Source of the DNA: an uncultured Acidobacteriota bacterium
GTDB lineage: Bacteria > Acidobacteriota > Vicinamibacteria > Vicinamibacterales > UBA8438
Direction of reading: 5' to 3'
Assembly (NCBI GenBank): GCA_913043225.1
Contig: CAJWLU010000010.1
Location: 64,001-128,000, forward strand
Length of the DNA: 64,000 nt
Below are positions 8,931-18,847 of this stretch, piece by piece. Every line of letters starts with the position of its first letter. Within the stretch, counting starts at the first letter, position 1. A model generated the notes under the pieces. It worked only from the letters and a program-made list of their open reading frames with translations, was not told where the DNA came from and made no database searches. The position numbers and the translations under genes were made by a program.

Positions 8931-10029
8931 GGAACTGTCAACGACTCAAATGCAGAACCAGGGAGAGACCGAAAACAGGCACTGGTCACGACGCGCATGG
9001 ATCCGTGCGGCCGGTCTCGGTTCCCTCACCGGGGGCGTCGCGCTGGCCTCGCGAGGGGTCGCTGGCGGTCAGGCAGGACCCGAGGGGTCGGGTCCCGACC
9101 ATCTCGGCAACGCCATGGGGCCGGTCGGCCGCGTCTCGACCGAGTCGTTCGACCCCACGGCCTTTCTCAGAGCCTGGAACTTCTCCGACCTGCCGGCCGA
9201 TGAGCGGGCGCGCTTCTACCGGGAGACCCCACGCCAGGACGGCACGCTCCTCCGCGAGTACGAGCTGTTTGCCGTAGACCGGGAGATCGAGATCGCACCG
9301 GGTGTCTTCTTCCCCGCTTGGACCTACAACGGGCAGGTGCCAGGGCCGACGATTCGCGCCACGGCTGGCGACCGTATCCGGATCAACTTCGTCAACCAGG
9401 GCGCCCATCCGCACACCATCCACTTTCATGGCTGGCACACGCCAGAGATGGATGGGTCGCTGCCGGCCCATCAGGTGATGCCTGGCGATCGGTTCGTATA
9501 CGAGTTCGACGCCGACCCGTTCGGCGTCCACCTCTATCACTGTCACGCTAATCCGCTGAAGCGCCACGTGCATAAGGGACTCTACGGCGCCTTCATCGTC
9601 GATCCGCCTGCCGAGACGCCGCGTCCCCCTGCCGACGAGCTCGTCATGGTGCTCAACGCATTCGACACCAACTTCGACGCCGAGAACGAGGTCTATGCGG
9701 TCAACACCGCGGCCAGCTTCTACATGCACGAGCCGGTTACGGTGCGGGTGGGCGAGCGGGTGCGGATGTATGTCGTCAATCTGACTGAGTTCGATCTCAT
9801 TAACAGCTTCCACCTCCACGCGATGTTCTTCGATGTCTTACGGACCGGGACCACCCTGGTTCCGACTGAGACTACCGACACGATCATGCTGTGTCAGGGC
9901 GAGCGGGCCATCCTGGAGACCACCTTCCGCCACCCCGGTGACTTCATGTTCCACGCCCACCAGAGCGAGTTCGCTGAGCTGGGGTGGATGGGACTCTTCA
10001 GGGCCGAGGAGCGCACCCACAGTGACTGA
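8929..10029 (+). CDS. Tat-exported two-domain multicopper oxidase
   Basis: SRRAWIRAAG Tat signal; HPHTIHFHG, YHCH..HVHKGLYG (T1 Cys in domain 1); SFHLHA, FHAHQSEF (no Cys in domain 2). Confidence 0.93.
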   Translation: MELSTTQMQNQGETENRHWSRRAWIRAAGLGSLTGGVALASRGVAGGQAGPEGSGPDHLGNAMGPVGRVSTESFDPTAFLRAWNFSDLPADERARFYRETPRQDGTLLREYELFAVDREIEIAPGVFFPAWTYNGQVPGPTIRATAGDRIRINFVNQGAHPHTIHFHGWHTPEMDGSLPAHQVMPGDRFVYEFDADPFGVHLYHCHANPLKRHVHKGLYGAFIVDPPAETPRPPADELVMVLNAFDTNFDAENEVYAVNTAASFYMHEPVTVRVGERVRMYVVNLTEFDLINSFHLHAMFFDVLRTGTTLVPTETTDTIMLCQGERAILETTFRHPGDFMFHAHQSEFAELGWMGLFRAEERTHSD

Positions 10030-11221
10030 GACGGCGTTATCAGCCGGGACCGGCTTCGCCTGGGGCCGCGCCCTTCTGCCGCTGGTGTTGCTGTCCGGGT
10101 TGCTCGGTCTCATCTACTGGAACGGTCCGGCCGACGCGGTGCGAGGCGAGGACTTCCCACCGGTCGAAGAGCTTGCGTTTCAGCGGGTCGCGCTGGGCCC
10201 AGACGGGATCGTGGCCACCGTGCTGAACGACGGGCCAGACACGGTCACGATTGCCCAGGTGCAGGTGGACGACGCCTACTGGTCGTTCACTTCCGAACCC
10301 GCGGCAACCTTGGGGCATCTTGGGCAGACCAGACTCACCATTCCCTATCCCTGGGTGAGTGGTGACGCGCACGTCGTGCGGATCGTTACCTCTACCGGGG
10401 TGACGTTCGATCACGAGGTCGCCGTGGCGGTGGAGGCCCCGCGTGCGGGCGTCCGGTTCTTCGCCGTCTTCGCCTTGATCGGAATCTATGTCGGAGTGAT
10501 TCCGGTCGCCATCGGCCTGCTCTGGCTGCCGATGGTCGGGCGGATGGAGAAGCGGGGGCTAGACTTCATCCTGGCCTTGACCACCGGGTTGTTGCTGTTC
10601 CTGCTGATCGAGGCCGGGCACGACGGACTCGAGGCGGCCGCCTTGGCGCCCGGTTCGTTCCAGGCTGTCGCCCTGTTTCTTACCGTCACCGGCGCCTCGT
10701 TCCTCGGTCTGGAAATGGTGGGGGCCTGGCTGCGCACCCGGCAGAGCGTACCCGAAGCGGGGCGACGCGGCTGGGTGCTGGCCCTGCTGATCGCGACCGG
10801 CATCGGGCTGCACAACTTCGGCGAAGGGCTGGCCATCGGAGCCGCCTTCGCGCTAGGAGAGGCGGCGTTGGGCACGGTGCTCATTGTTGGGTTCACGCTG
10901 CACAACACGACCGAGGGACTCGCGATCGTGGCGCCGCTGGCCAGGACTCGCGTCCGGCTGGGACAGCTCGTCCGCCTCGGCATCTTGGGTGGCGCCCCGA
11001 CGATCCTGGGTGCCTGGATCGGCGGTCTCGTTTACTCGCCGATTTGGTCGGTGGTTTGCCTGGCCTTGGGGGCGGGTGCCATCGCCCAGGTGATCCTGCA
11101 GCTGGTCAGGCAGACGGCCGGTGAGCAGCCGCTTGGCCGGCATCTGGCTACCACCCCGGTGGCGAGTGGACTACTGGTCGGGGTAGCCGTGATGTACGTG
11201 ACGGGTCTCATCGTCGGATGA
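10022..11221 (+). CDS. ZIP-family metal transporter with N-terminal extracytoplasmic domain
   Basis: GTG 10022 with GAGGAG RBS, overlapping the oxidase end; GIGLHNFGEGLAIG and FTLHNTTEGLAI ZIP signatures. Confidence 0.92.
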   Translation: MTETALSAGTGFAWGRALLPLVLLSGLLGLIYWNGPADAVRGEDFPPVEELAFQRVALGPDGIVATVLNDGPDTVTIAQVQVDDAYWSFTSEPAATLGHLGQTRLTIPYPWVSGDAHVVRIVTSTGVTFDHEVAVAVEAPRAGVRFFAVFALIGIYVGVIPVAIGLLWLPMVGRMEKRGLDFILALTTGLLLFLLIEAGHDGLEAAALAPGSFQAVALFLTVTGASFLGLEMVGAWLRTRQSVPEAGRRGWVLALLIATGIGLHNFGEGLAIGAAFALGEAALGTVLIVGFTLHNTTEGLAIVAPLARTRVRLGQLVRLGILGGAPTILGAWIGGLVYSPIWSVVCLALGAGAIAQVILQLVRQTAGEQPLGRHLATTPVASGLLVGVAVMYVTGLIVG

Positions 11222-11264
11222 GGCGAACGACGTTCGATGGCGAGCTTGGAGATTGAGGACAACG

Positions 11265-11717
11265 ATGGAGCGTGACGAAGAGTGGCGACCGAAGCGGTCC
11301 GGTCGGGGCGATAGTTGGGGCGGATCTCGCGGCGTGGTCGCGGCGGCGGTGGTCTTGGTGTTCGTGGGGCTCTTCCTGCTGCTGCCCCTGGCCGCCACCA
11401 GTACCCCCGTGGCGCGCGAGATCACGCTCGTCACCCGCGACATGGCGTTCTACCTCGAAGGCGACACGCGACCCAACCCCACGATTCGGCTCCAGGCGGG
11501 CGAACGGGTCCGGTTCGTGCTGCGTAACCTCGACCCTGGCATCGACCACAACCTCGCGATCGACGACTGGGGCCTGGCGACTCGTACGATCGAGGCTGAC
11601 ACCGTTACCACCCTCGAGCTCGAGGCGCCTGCGGGGTCCGGTACGCAGAGCTACACCTGTTCTCCGCACCGTGAGATGATGCGCGGCGTCATTGAGGTGG
11701 TCGGCGACCCACGCTGA
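11265..11717 (+). CDS. Membrane-anchored cupredoxin
   Basis: TM helix, then DHN..YTCSPHREMMRG (His/Cys/His/Met type-1 Cu ligands). Confidence 0.85.
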   Translation: MERDEEWRPKRSGRGDSWGGSRGVVAAAVVLVFVGLFLLLPLAATSTPVAREITLVTRDMAFYLEGDTRPNPTIRLQAGERVRFVLRNLDPGIDHNLAIDDWGLATRTIEADTVTTLELEAPAGSGTQSYTCSPHREMMRGVIEVVGDPR

Positions 11718-11744
11718 CGCGGCTGCCGTTGCGACACGGTCACT

Positions 11745-12185
11745 ATGGAGCTCGATACCGACAGCTGGTCGGGTGAGGGTGCGTTCACCCAGGTCCTGGT
11801 CGAAGCCCTGCGCACGATCGACGCCGTGTCGTTCGTCCGGGTCGAGGATGCCTCTTCTTCTCATGCGGACGTCGAGTACAACTTCATTAGCAACGAGCTG
11901 TTCGTACGGTTCCAGACTCGCGAGCGTGAAGTCCGGCAACGTCGGTTCGGAATGATTCCGGTTCGACGACAGGTGGAAGAAGCGGTGATGACTATGAACG
12001 GGCTCGAGCGCGAGCTGGGCGAGCTTGACGACGTTGGTTTGCCGGACTATGCCGATGATGGGATGCTGCAGTATCTGCGGACGGAGCGGATTGTGCCGGC
12101 CTATCAGACCCGTGGCTACAAGCTTGTTGAGCTCGTGCGGATCTACGAGGTTGGCGCGGACCGTCCCGATGAGGCCGAGACATGA
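11745..12185 (+). CDS. Hypothetical protein
   Basis: Protein-like composition; ATGA overlap with the next gene. Confidence 0.7.
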   Translation: MELDTDSWSGEGAFTQVLVEALRTIDAVSFVRVEDASSSHADVEYNFISNELFVRFQTREREVRQRRFGMIPVRRQVEEAVMTMNGLERELGELDDVGLPDYADDGMLQYLRTERIVPAYQTRGYKLVELVRIYEVGADRPDEAET

Positions 12186-12613
12186 GTGACGTAGCCGATG
12201 TGCGCCAGCGCCTCCAACGGATGATCGAGCAGGCGCGCCAGGAAGCTGCCGAGCGCCGACGGCGAGCTGAGGAGGACGCCGGCACTGCCGAGCGATTCCT
12301 TGAGTCGGTCGCCACGCCGGTCATGCAGCAGGTGGCAAGAGTGCTTCGCGTAGAAGGATTTGAGTTCCGTCTGTCGACGCCGGCCGGTTCGGTGCGGCTG
12401 GTCTCGGAGCGGCAGAAGGAGGACTACGTGGACCTGTCGATCGACGCGACCGCTGATCCGGTCACGATTCTGACCGAGGTGGCGCATGCACGGGGCCGGC
12501 GCGTGTCCAGGGTCGAACGCCCGCTTGCGCCGGACGTTCCGCTTGGCCAGCTGACCGATGAGCACGTCCTTGCGTTTCTGCTGGATGCCCTCAAAGTTTT
12601 CGTGGCGCGGTAA
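12182..12613 (+). CDS. Hypothetical protein
   Basis: Translationally coupled; N-terminal coiled coil, then a beta-rich domain. Confidence 0.7.
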   Translation: MSDVADVRQRLQRMIEQARQEAAERRRRAEEDAGTAERFLESVATPVMQQVARVLRVEGFEFRLSTPAGSVRLVSERQKEDYVDLSIDATADPVTILTEVAHARGRRVSRVERPLAPDVPLGQLTDEHVLAFLLDALKVFVAR

Positions 12614-12989
12614 GAGGGTTAATCCAGAAAGCGTAGCTGACCGGGTAGCGAACCGCGACTCCCACGAGCACGCGTTCGCCAAGGAGAACGCGCACGGCAC
12701 CCAGAACCATCGGTCCGACTGCGACACCCTGATCGATGAAGCTGCCCCGGAAGCTGGATCGGTCCGTGAAGTTCACGAAGTTGCCCGCCTCGGTCTAGCG
12801 CCAGAAGCCCAGGGTTGCCCTGACGCCCACACGCGGTTGCACGCTCGCGATCCGGGTCGTCAGAAAGAGCCGGGCCACGAAATTGAGAGAAACGGTGCGG
12901 GTTTTGAGGTCGAGCGGGAGTGGTCCTCCGCTTGGCGACAGAAAGTGCGCGTAGGCGGCGCCGGCCGTGAGCAGGACCGTGCCCGGCAA
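12591..12989 (-). pseudogene. Degraded outer-membrane beta-barrel-like gene
   Basis: Two ORF-track fragments share one frame and are joined by a single TAG (12795-12797): ..LGFWR*TEAGNFVNFTDRSSFRGSF..GPMVLGAVRV..VRY. Alternating beta-strand pattern; no signal peptide. Confidence 0.55.
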
Positions 12990-13039
12990 CGCGCAGCTAA
13001 GCCGCGTCGTCTCCGAAAGGCCTGCATGCCCTTGCCCCG

Positions 13040-14257
13040 TCAGATCACTTGCGCCTCGGCAAGCGCACCACGAGCGGCAGCGTTGTAGCCAAGCTCCTCG
13101 AGGATTGTGTCGGTGTGCTGACCGAGGGTTGGGGGCGGCGTGCGTACCCCGCCGGGGGTGGTAGCCAGTTTGACTGGCACGCCAAGGACCTGCATTGGTC
13201 CGACCTTGGGATGATCGACGCCGAGCACCATCAGCCGCTCCTGGAGCTGAGGGTCGGTCAGCACTTCAGCAAGATCCCGCACCGAGCCGCACGGGATGCC
13301 GGTAGTCTTGAGCGCCGACAGCCAGTCGGTACGGGTCCGGGTGCCGATCCGCTCGGCCAGCAGCGGGCGCAATGCATCCTGGTTCTCGATCCGCCCTGCG
13401 TTGGTGGCGAAGCGCTCGTCCTCGGCCAACGCTGGCGTGCCGATGACACCACAGAATTTGACGAACAGGTTGTCGTTGCCGACTGCCACCACGATATCGC
13501 CATCTGAGGCGCTGAAGGTCTCGTAGGGCACGATGGTCGGATGCTGGTTGCCCAGTCTGGGCGGCGCTTGGCCGGTGGCGAAGTAGATGCCGGCCTGATA
13601 GGTCAAGACGGCCGCTACTGAGTCCAGCATCCCGACGTCGATGTGCTGGCCCTTCCCGGTGCGCTCGCGTGCCAGCAGGCCCATCGCGACGCCGTAGGCA
13701 GCGAACATACCGGTTACGATGTCGGCGATGGCGACCCCGAGCCGGTACGGGGTGCCGCCGGCGGGGCCGGTAATGCTCATCAGGCCACCCTCGCCCTGCA
13801 TGACCGCGTCGTAGCCCGGTTCAGAGCTGCGCGGCCCAGTCTGGCCGAATCCGGAGATGGAGCAGTACACGAGATCCGGACGCGACGCCGACAGACTCGT
13901 GTAGTCCAACCCCTGACGGCCCAGCGCTCCGGGGCGGAAGTTCTCGACCAGCACGTCGGCTTCGGCGATCAGCTTGTCGAGCACCGCGCGGCCTTCAGCT
14001 TGCTTGAAGTTGAGGGTGATGCTTTCCTTGTTCCGATTCACACTGAGGAAGTAGGAGCTTTCACCCTTCTGGAACGGCGGCCCCCACCCCCGGGTGTCAT
14101 CGCCCTTGCCTGGCTGTTCCACTTTGATGACGCGGGCGCCCATGTCGGCGAGCATCATCGTGCAGTAGGGGCCGGAGAGCACCCGGGTCAGGTCCAAGAC
14201 GGTGAGTCCCGCCAACGGGCCGTTGTTGGTCGGATTGCTCGTCGCGTTGTCACTCAT
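13040..14257 (-). CDS. CaiB/BaiF family III CoA-transferase
   Basis: LDLTRVLSGPYC, GDDTR, NRNKESI, ENFRPG, GFGQTGP, GYD. Confidence 0.95.
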   Translation of the reverse strand: MSDNATSNPTNNGPLAGLTVLDLTRVLSGPYCTMMLADMGARVIKVEQPGKGDDTRGWGPPFQKGESSYFLSVNRNKESITLNFKQAEGRAVLDKLIAEADVLVENFRPGALGRQGLDYTSLSASRPDLVYCSISGFGQTGPRSSEPGYDAVMQGEGGLMSITGPAGGTPYRLGVAIADIVTGMFAAYGVAMGLLARERTGKGQHIDVGMLDSVAAVLTYQAGIYFATGQAPPRLGNQHPTIVPYETFSASDGDIVVAVGNDNLFVKFCGVIGTPALAEDERFATNAGRIENQDALRPLLAERIGTRTRTDWLSALKTTGIPCGSVRDLAEVLTDPQLQERLMVLGVDHPKVGPMQVLGVPVKLATTPGGVRTPPPTLGQHTDTILEELGYNAAARGALAEAQVI

Positions 14258-14311
14258 GCTGATTGTCTCACTCCAAGAATGCTGATCGCGCCGTGAACCG
14301 GCAGCGTCCGT

Positions 14312-15412
14312 TCACTGCGAGAAAGCGAGAGCCAAGCGGGCCAAGCCCTCGGCAAGAGGTGCCGCTGTGCCACCGATGCCGACACGGAGATACCCCTCAA
14401 GATCGAACTGGGAGCCCGGGACGATCAGCACCCCGTGCTCGATCAAGAGCGTCTCGGCAAGTTCAGCGGAACCAACCGAACCAGCATAGCCTATCAAGGT
14501 CACACCACCGGCCCGGGGCGGTGTCTGATGGTAGCCGTCTGTGGATTCGACCCAGCGCGCGACCCGCGCCTGATTGTCGAGGAGAATCCTGCGGGCCCGG
14601 GCCCGCAGTTGCTCCCGTTGATCGAGGGCCAGCTGGGCGAGGCGGTCGCTCAGGGTTCCGGAGACGATCGACGTGTAGTCTCGGCACCCCCACAGCTCCG
14701 CCACGGTGTCGGTCGGACCCACGACCCAGCCGACTCGGAGGCCCGGGAGTCCGTACGCTTTCGAGAGCCCGCTGACCACCAGCGTCCGGTCATACCGACC
14801 CCACGCCGTCTCGGTGAGTGGTCCAGACAGCTCAGCGCCGCGATATACCTCGTCGGCCAGGATCCACGAACTATGCGTGGCCGCGATATCGCACAGCCGG
14901 TCGAGGTTAGCAGCATCGATCTGGCTTCCGGTCGGATTGTTCGGGTTGCTGAAGGCGATCAGGCGGGTGCGGGGGCTGACCGTCTCGGCGACAGCGTCGA
15001 GATCAAGCTGCCAGCCGTCCGGGCCTTCCTCGAGCCAGACCGGGTGGACGGTGGCGCCGAACGAGCGGGCGGTCCCCGCCACCTGCATGTAGTTAGGCTG
15101 GACTACGACGATCTCGTCGCCCGGTTCGATCAGGTGCCAGGCGCAGATGAAGTTAGCCTCGGAGCTGCCGTTGGTGACCAGGATCTCGGCGAGTCCGGTT
15201 CCGGGGTAGAGCGTGGCTATCCGGTCGCGGAGTGCGGCGGTGCCGTTGGTCTGCGCGTAACCCAGCTCGGTCGGTCCCAGGACGTCACCGATTGCGTCGG
15301 TCAGCTCCTCCAGCCGGAGCGGTTTGACACCACTCTCCGAGAGGTTGATCTCCACCTGATGCTCGTGGAGCGACTGCCAGCGCTCGAGGTCGAATGAGGG
15401 GACCTGCATCAC
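14312..15412 (-). CDS. PLP-dependent aminotransferase class I/II
   Basis: INLSESG, NPNNPTG, DEVY, SGLSKAYGLPGLRVGW. Confidence 0.93.
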   Translation of the reverse strand: MMQVPSFDLERWQSLHEHQVEINLSESGVKPLRLEELTDAIGDVLGPTELGYAQTNGTAALRDRIATLYPGTGLAEILVTNGSSEANFICAWHLIEPGDEIVVVQPNYMQVAGTARSFGATVHPVWLEEGPDGWQLDLDAVAETVSPRTRLIAFSNPNNPTGSQIDAANLDRLCDIAATHSSWILADEVYRGAELSGPLTETAWGRYDRTLVVSGLSKAYGLPGLRVGWVVGPTDTVAELWGCRDYTSIVSGTLSDRLAQLALDQREQLRARARRILLDNQARVARWVESTDGYHQTPPRAGGVTLIGYAGSVGSAELAETLLIEHGVLIVPGSQFDLEGYLRVGIGGTAAPLAEGLARLALAFSQ

Positions 15413-16815
15413 TGCGGGTCCTCGTCGTCAGGGTCGCCGAACATGTCCGCCATCTCCGGCGCCTGCAGGGGGCGTGGGGTCCGTTCGACCGTGTTGGTCT
15501 CCGGGATCGGTTCAGCGGCACTGACCCCAAGCTCCTTGAACCGGCGCGCGGTCACCAGGACCCGGGATTCGATGGTTCCGACGGTGCGGTTGTAGGCGTC
15601 CACCGTTCTGGTCAGTCCCTTGGACAGATCGTCGAGATGTCCAGCCAGCCGCCAGATCCGTTCGTACAACTCACGCCCGAGCTGACTGACCGTCTCGGCG
15701 TTTCTGGCGATCCGTTCTTGCTGCCACCCGTAGGCAACCGCACGCAGGAGCGCGATCAGGGTCAGCGGGCTGGCCGGGATTACGCGCTGGTCTACCCCGA
15801 ACTCGATCAGTCCCGGGTCGTGCTTCAGGGCGGCGCTGAAGTAGCCTTCGCCGGGAAGGAACATAAAGACGAACTCCGGTGCCGGCTGGAACTGGGCCCA
15901 GTAGCCCCGGCTGCCAAGCTCGGTCATGTGCGCCTTTACCTGACCGGCGTGCTCCTTCAGCCGGGCGAGCCGCTCCTCCTGCCCTTGACTCTCCACCGCC
16001 TGGCGATAGGCAACATACGGCACCTTGGCGTCGACGATGATGCGTCGCCCGCCCGGCAGCTTCACCACCATGTCGGGGACGAGCTTGCGGTCGTCGGAGG
16101 TGACCGCCGTCTTCTCGGTGAAGTCGCAGTGGTCGAGCATGCCGGCCAGCTCGACCACCCGCCTGAGCTGTACCTCGCCCCACCCACCGCGGACATGTGG
16201 GGTCTGCAGGGCGCGCTCCAGGTTGGTCGTGGCGGTCGCGAGCGTCTGCAGTTGCTCGCCGAGCCTGGAGTTGGAGCTCGCCCTGTCGCGTTCCACCTCC
16301 TGCAGCTTCGCTTGGACCTGACCAAGGGTGTCCTGGAGTGGCCGCACGAGGTTGTCGATCGACTGCTGCCGATGGTCTAGGTCCACTGTCGCTTGTTTCT
16401 GTAACTCGCCGAGCGCGGTCTTCGCCAGTTGCAGAAACGACTGATTGTTGGCGCGCAGCGCCTCGGCCGAGACTGCCGCGAACGCCTCGCGCAGTGTCTG
16501 CTCCGCCTGTTCGAGCAGTCGGACCCGCTCGGCCGTGGAGCGGCGTTCGCCGTCGAGTTCGGCCGTCGCCCGGATCACCCGTTCGGCCAGCTCGCTGGCG
16601 TGCTGCCGGGCCTCGCTCAGTTCCCGTTCACGCTGGGCCAGATCCTGTTCGAGCTGGTTCACCCGTTTGCCGATCTCCTCCGCCCGGGCCCGGGCGGCGG
16701 CGGCCTGTGCGGCGGCCGACGTGTTCCCACCGCCAGTTTTGGCGAGGAGCCAGCCCGCGGTCCCTCCGACCACAAGGCCAAGGGCTAGGCCTACGAGCAG
16801 CGAAACAGTGTCCAC
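15409..16815 (-). CDS. rmuC: DNA recombination protein RmuC
   Basis: N-terminal TM and coiled coil; RGGWGEVQLRRVVELAGM, PD..LP..IIVDAKVP, PEFVFMFLPGE. Confidence 0.95.
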   Translation of the reverse strand: MDTVSLLVGLALGLVVGGTAGWLLAKTGGGNTSAAAQAAAARARAEEIGKRVNQLEQDLAQRERELSEARQHASELAERVIRATAELDGERRSTAERVRLLEQAEQTLREAFAAVSAEALRANNQSFLQLAKTALGELQKQATVDLDHRQQSIDNLVRPLQDTLGQVQAKLQEVERDRASSNSRLGEQLQTLATATTNLERALQTPHVRGGWGEVQLRRVVELAGMLDHCDFTEKTAVTSDDRKLVPDMVVKLPGGRRIIVDAKVPYVAYRQAVESQGQEERLARLKEHAGQVKAHMTELGSRGYWAQFQPAPEFVFMFLPGEGYFSAALKHDPGLIEFGVDQRVIPASPLTLIALLRAVAYGWQQERIARNAETVSQLGRELYERIWRLAGHLDDLSKGLTRTVDAYNRTVGTIESRVLVTARRFKELGVSAAEPIPETNTVERTPRPLQAPEMADMFGDPDDEDPQ

Positions 16816-17030
16816 GTCGAGGTCCTCTATTCGTCCGGGTGGGCGGACCGCCGAGCCGGTCGCTTAGCTGGCCGGATCCGGTCACGGTCGTGACGCGTCC
16901 CACAGTGTAACTCGCCGTTGCGGCGTGTTTGGCCTCTCCGGGGGAACGCTTGAAGCACGACCTCCCGCGGCATAACATGTACGGTTCGGACTCTGACCGC
17001 CATCGTGTTCATACCAGGACAGGCCACGCG

Positions 17031-18377
17031 ATGAACGACCATGCGCTGCGGATCTACGACTCGATTCTCGGGTTGCGCTGTGACGCGGACAATCCGACGC
17101 CCCTCGTGCGGTTGAACCGCGTGGTGGGCTTCGAGCATACCCAGGTCTACGCGAAACTGGAGTGGTACAACCCGTTCGGTGCGGTCAAGGACCGGGTGGC
17201 GGACAACTTGCTCGAAGACGGCGAGGAGCGCCAGACCGTCGGGCCGGGCCAGAAGCTGGTCGAGCCGACCTCGGGCAATACCGGGATGGCCCTGGCGATG
17301 CTGGCCAACGCCAAGGGCTACTCGCTGACCACTCCCTTGTCGAGCGAGATTCCGCTGGAGAAGCGGACCATGCTCCGGTTCTTTGGCGCCGACGTCATGG
17401 AGCTGCAAGACACGCTGTGCCCTGCCCCTGGGGCGCCGGAGGGGGCGATCGCCAAGGCGATGGAGCTCGGTGACCGTTCCGACTTTCACATGCTCAATCA
17501 GTATGTGAACGAGGCGAATCCGGAGGCCCACTACAAGACCACGGGGCCAGAGATCTGGCGTCAGACCGAGGGGCGCGTGACGCACTTCGTGGCTGGATTG
17601 GGGACCTGCGGCACCATCACCGGCACCGGACGATATCTCAAAGAGCAGCGGGTGGACGTGCAGGTAATCGGCGTCCATCCTATGGACGGACACGACATTC
17701 CTGGTGTCCGGAGCTTGCGCCAGCTCGAGCAGACCCAGCTGTTCCGGCCCGATGAGTACGACGCGGTTGTCGAGGTGGACGACGAGACAGCATACAACCT
17801 GTGCCTCCGGCTCAACCGGGAAGAGAGCATCACCGCCGGGCCGAGTTGCTCGATGGCGCTGGCCGGTGCGCTGAAGCTGGTGCCAGACAAGCCAGGCAAC
17901 ATTGTGGTCGTCATTTTTCCGGACAACGCGTTCAAGTACGCCTCCTCCTTTGTCCGGCATTTACCAGGGATGGCGGCGCAGGGGGCGACCAACGGCGCGG
18001 GCAAGAACCTGCTGATGGAGCGGATGCGCGAGAACATCCGTGGTAATTCGGAGCTAACCGTCGGGGTGGACGCTGCGCACGAACAATGGACCGAGAGCAA
18101 GCCGTTCGTACTGGACGTCAGGCCGCGCGAGCAGTACGACGAGGCGCACATTCCTGGCGCTTACAACGTGCCGCTCGCTGACCTGGCCGGCGAGAGCGGG
18201 GTCGAGGCGATCCTGCCCCAGGATCTGGACGCGCCGATTTTCAGTGTCTGCCAGCGAGGGAATGCGTCCTTGTCGGGGCTGCTGTTCCTGAAGTCGCTCG
18301 GCTATCGCAACGTGCGGAGCATGGACGGCGGCACGTTGGCCTGGCGAGAGAAAGGATACGAGACCGACTCGGCGTGA
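17031..18377 (+). CDS. PLP-dependent cysteine synthase (CysM-like) fused to a C-terminal rhodanese domain
   Basis: AKLEWYNPFGAVKDR, EPTSGNTG, GLGTCGTITG; C-terminal LDVRP..HIPGA..CQRGNAS..GGTLAW. Confidence 0.92.
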   Translation: MNDHALRIYDSILGLRCDADNPTPLVRLNRVVGFEHTQVYAKLEWYNPFGAVKDRVADNLLEDGEERQTVGPGQKLVEPTSGNTGMALAMLANAKGYSLTTPLSSEIPLEKRTMLRFFGADVMELQDTLCPAPGAPEGAIAKAMELGDRSDFHMLNQYVNEANPEAHYKTTGPEIWRQTEGRVTHFVAGLGTCGTITGTGRYLKEQRVDVQVIGVHPMDGHDIPGVRSLRQLEQTQLFRPDEYDAVVEVDDETAYNLCLRLNREESITAGPSCSMALAGALKLVPDKPGNIVVVIFPDNAFKYASSFVRHLPGMAAQGATNGAGKNLLMERMRENIRGNSELTVGVDAAHEQWTESKPFVLDVRPREQYDEAHIPGAYNVPLADLAGESGVEAILPQDLDAPIFSVCQRGNASLSGLLFLKSLGYRNVRSMDGGTLAWREKGYETDSA

Positions 18378-18378
18378 G

Positions 18379-18825
18379 ATGGTGCGGTCCGGACTGACCT
18401 TGCGGCCGGTGGCAGCGTCCGCGATCCGACACCACGGTCGCGAGACGTATCCCCACGAATGCTGTGGGGCCCTGATCGGCCTCGGCGGACTCGTCACGGC
18501 CGCCCTGGCGCTGCCCAACACAACCGACGATGGGCCGCGGCGGCGGTTCTTGGTGCGTCCGAACGACTATCAGGCGGCCGAGCGGCACGCGGCCGAGCTG
18601 GACGCCGGGTTGCTTGGCTTCTACCACTCGCACCCGGACGCACCGGCTCGGCCATCGCGCTATGACCTCGAGCATGCCTGGCCGGTGTTCTCGTACGTGA
18701 TCATCGGCGTGGACGGTGGCGACCCGGGCCAGATGACGTCATGGCGGCTCCGCAACGATCGGTCTGCGTTCGACCAAGAGCAGCTCATAGAGGCAGACCC
18801 GGATGATGAGGACGCCGGGGTATGA
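18379..18825 (+). CDS. JAMM/MPN+ (M67, Mec-like) metallopeptidase
   Basis: YPHECCG and YHSHPDAPARPSRYD JAMM motif. Confidence 0.93.
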   Translation: MVRSGLTLRPVAASAIRHHGRETYPHECCGALIGLGGLVTAALALPNTTDDGPRRRFLVRPNDYQAAERHAAELDAGLLGFYHSHPDAPARPSRYDLEHAWPVFSYVIIGVDGGDPGQMTSWRLRNDRSAFDQEQLIEADPDDEDAGV

Positions 18826-18847
18826 AGAACGAAGACGGACAAAGACG

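Noticed and set aside
9833..10021. ORF-track N-terminal extensions (ZIP; also btuF to 31630, DUF6152 to 25242, moaB to 38911)
   Set aside because: They overlap neighbouring genes or have non-protein-like composition; downstream starts fit the domain boundaries, RBS or stop/start coupling better.
12795..12797. Pyrrolysine or amber read-through
   Set aside because: The gene is also 5'-truncated and no pyl context is present; a pseudogene is simpler.
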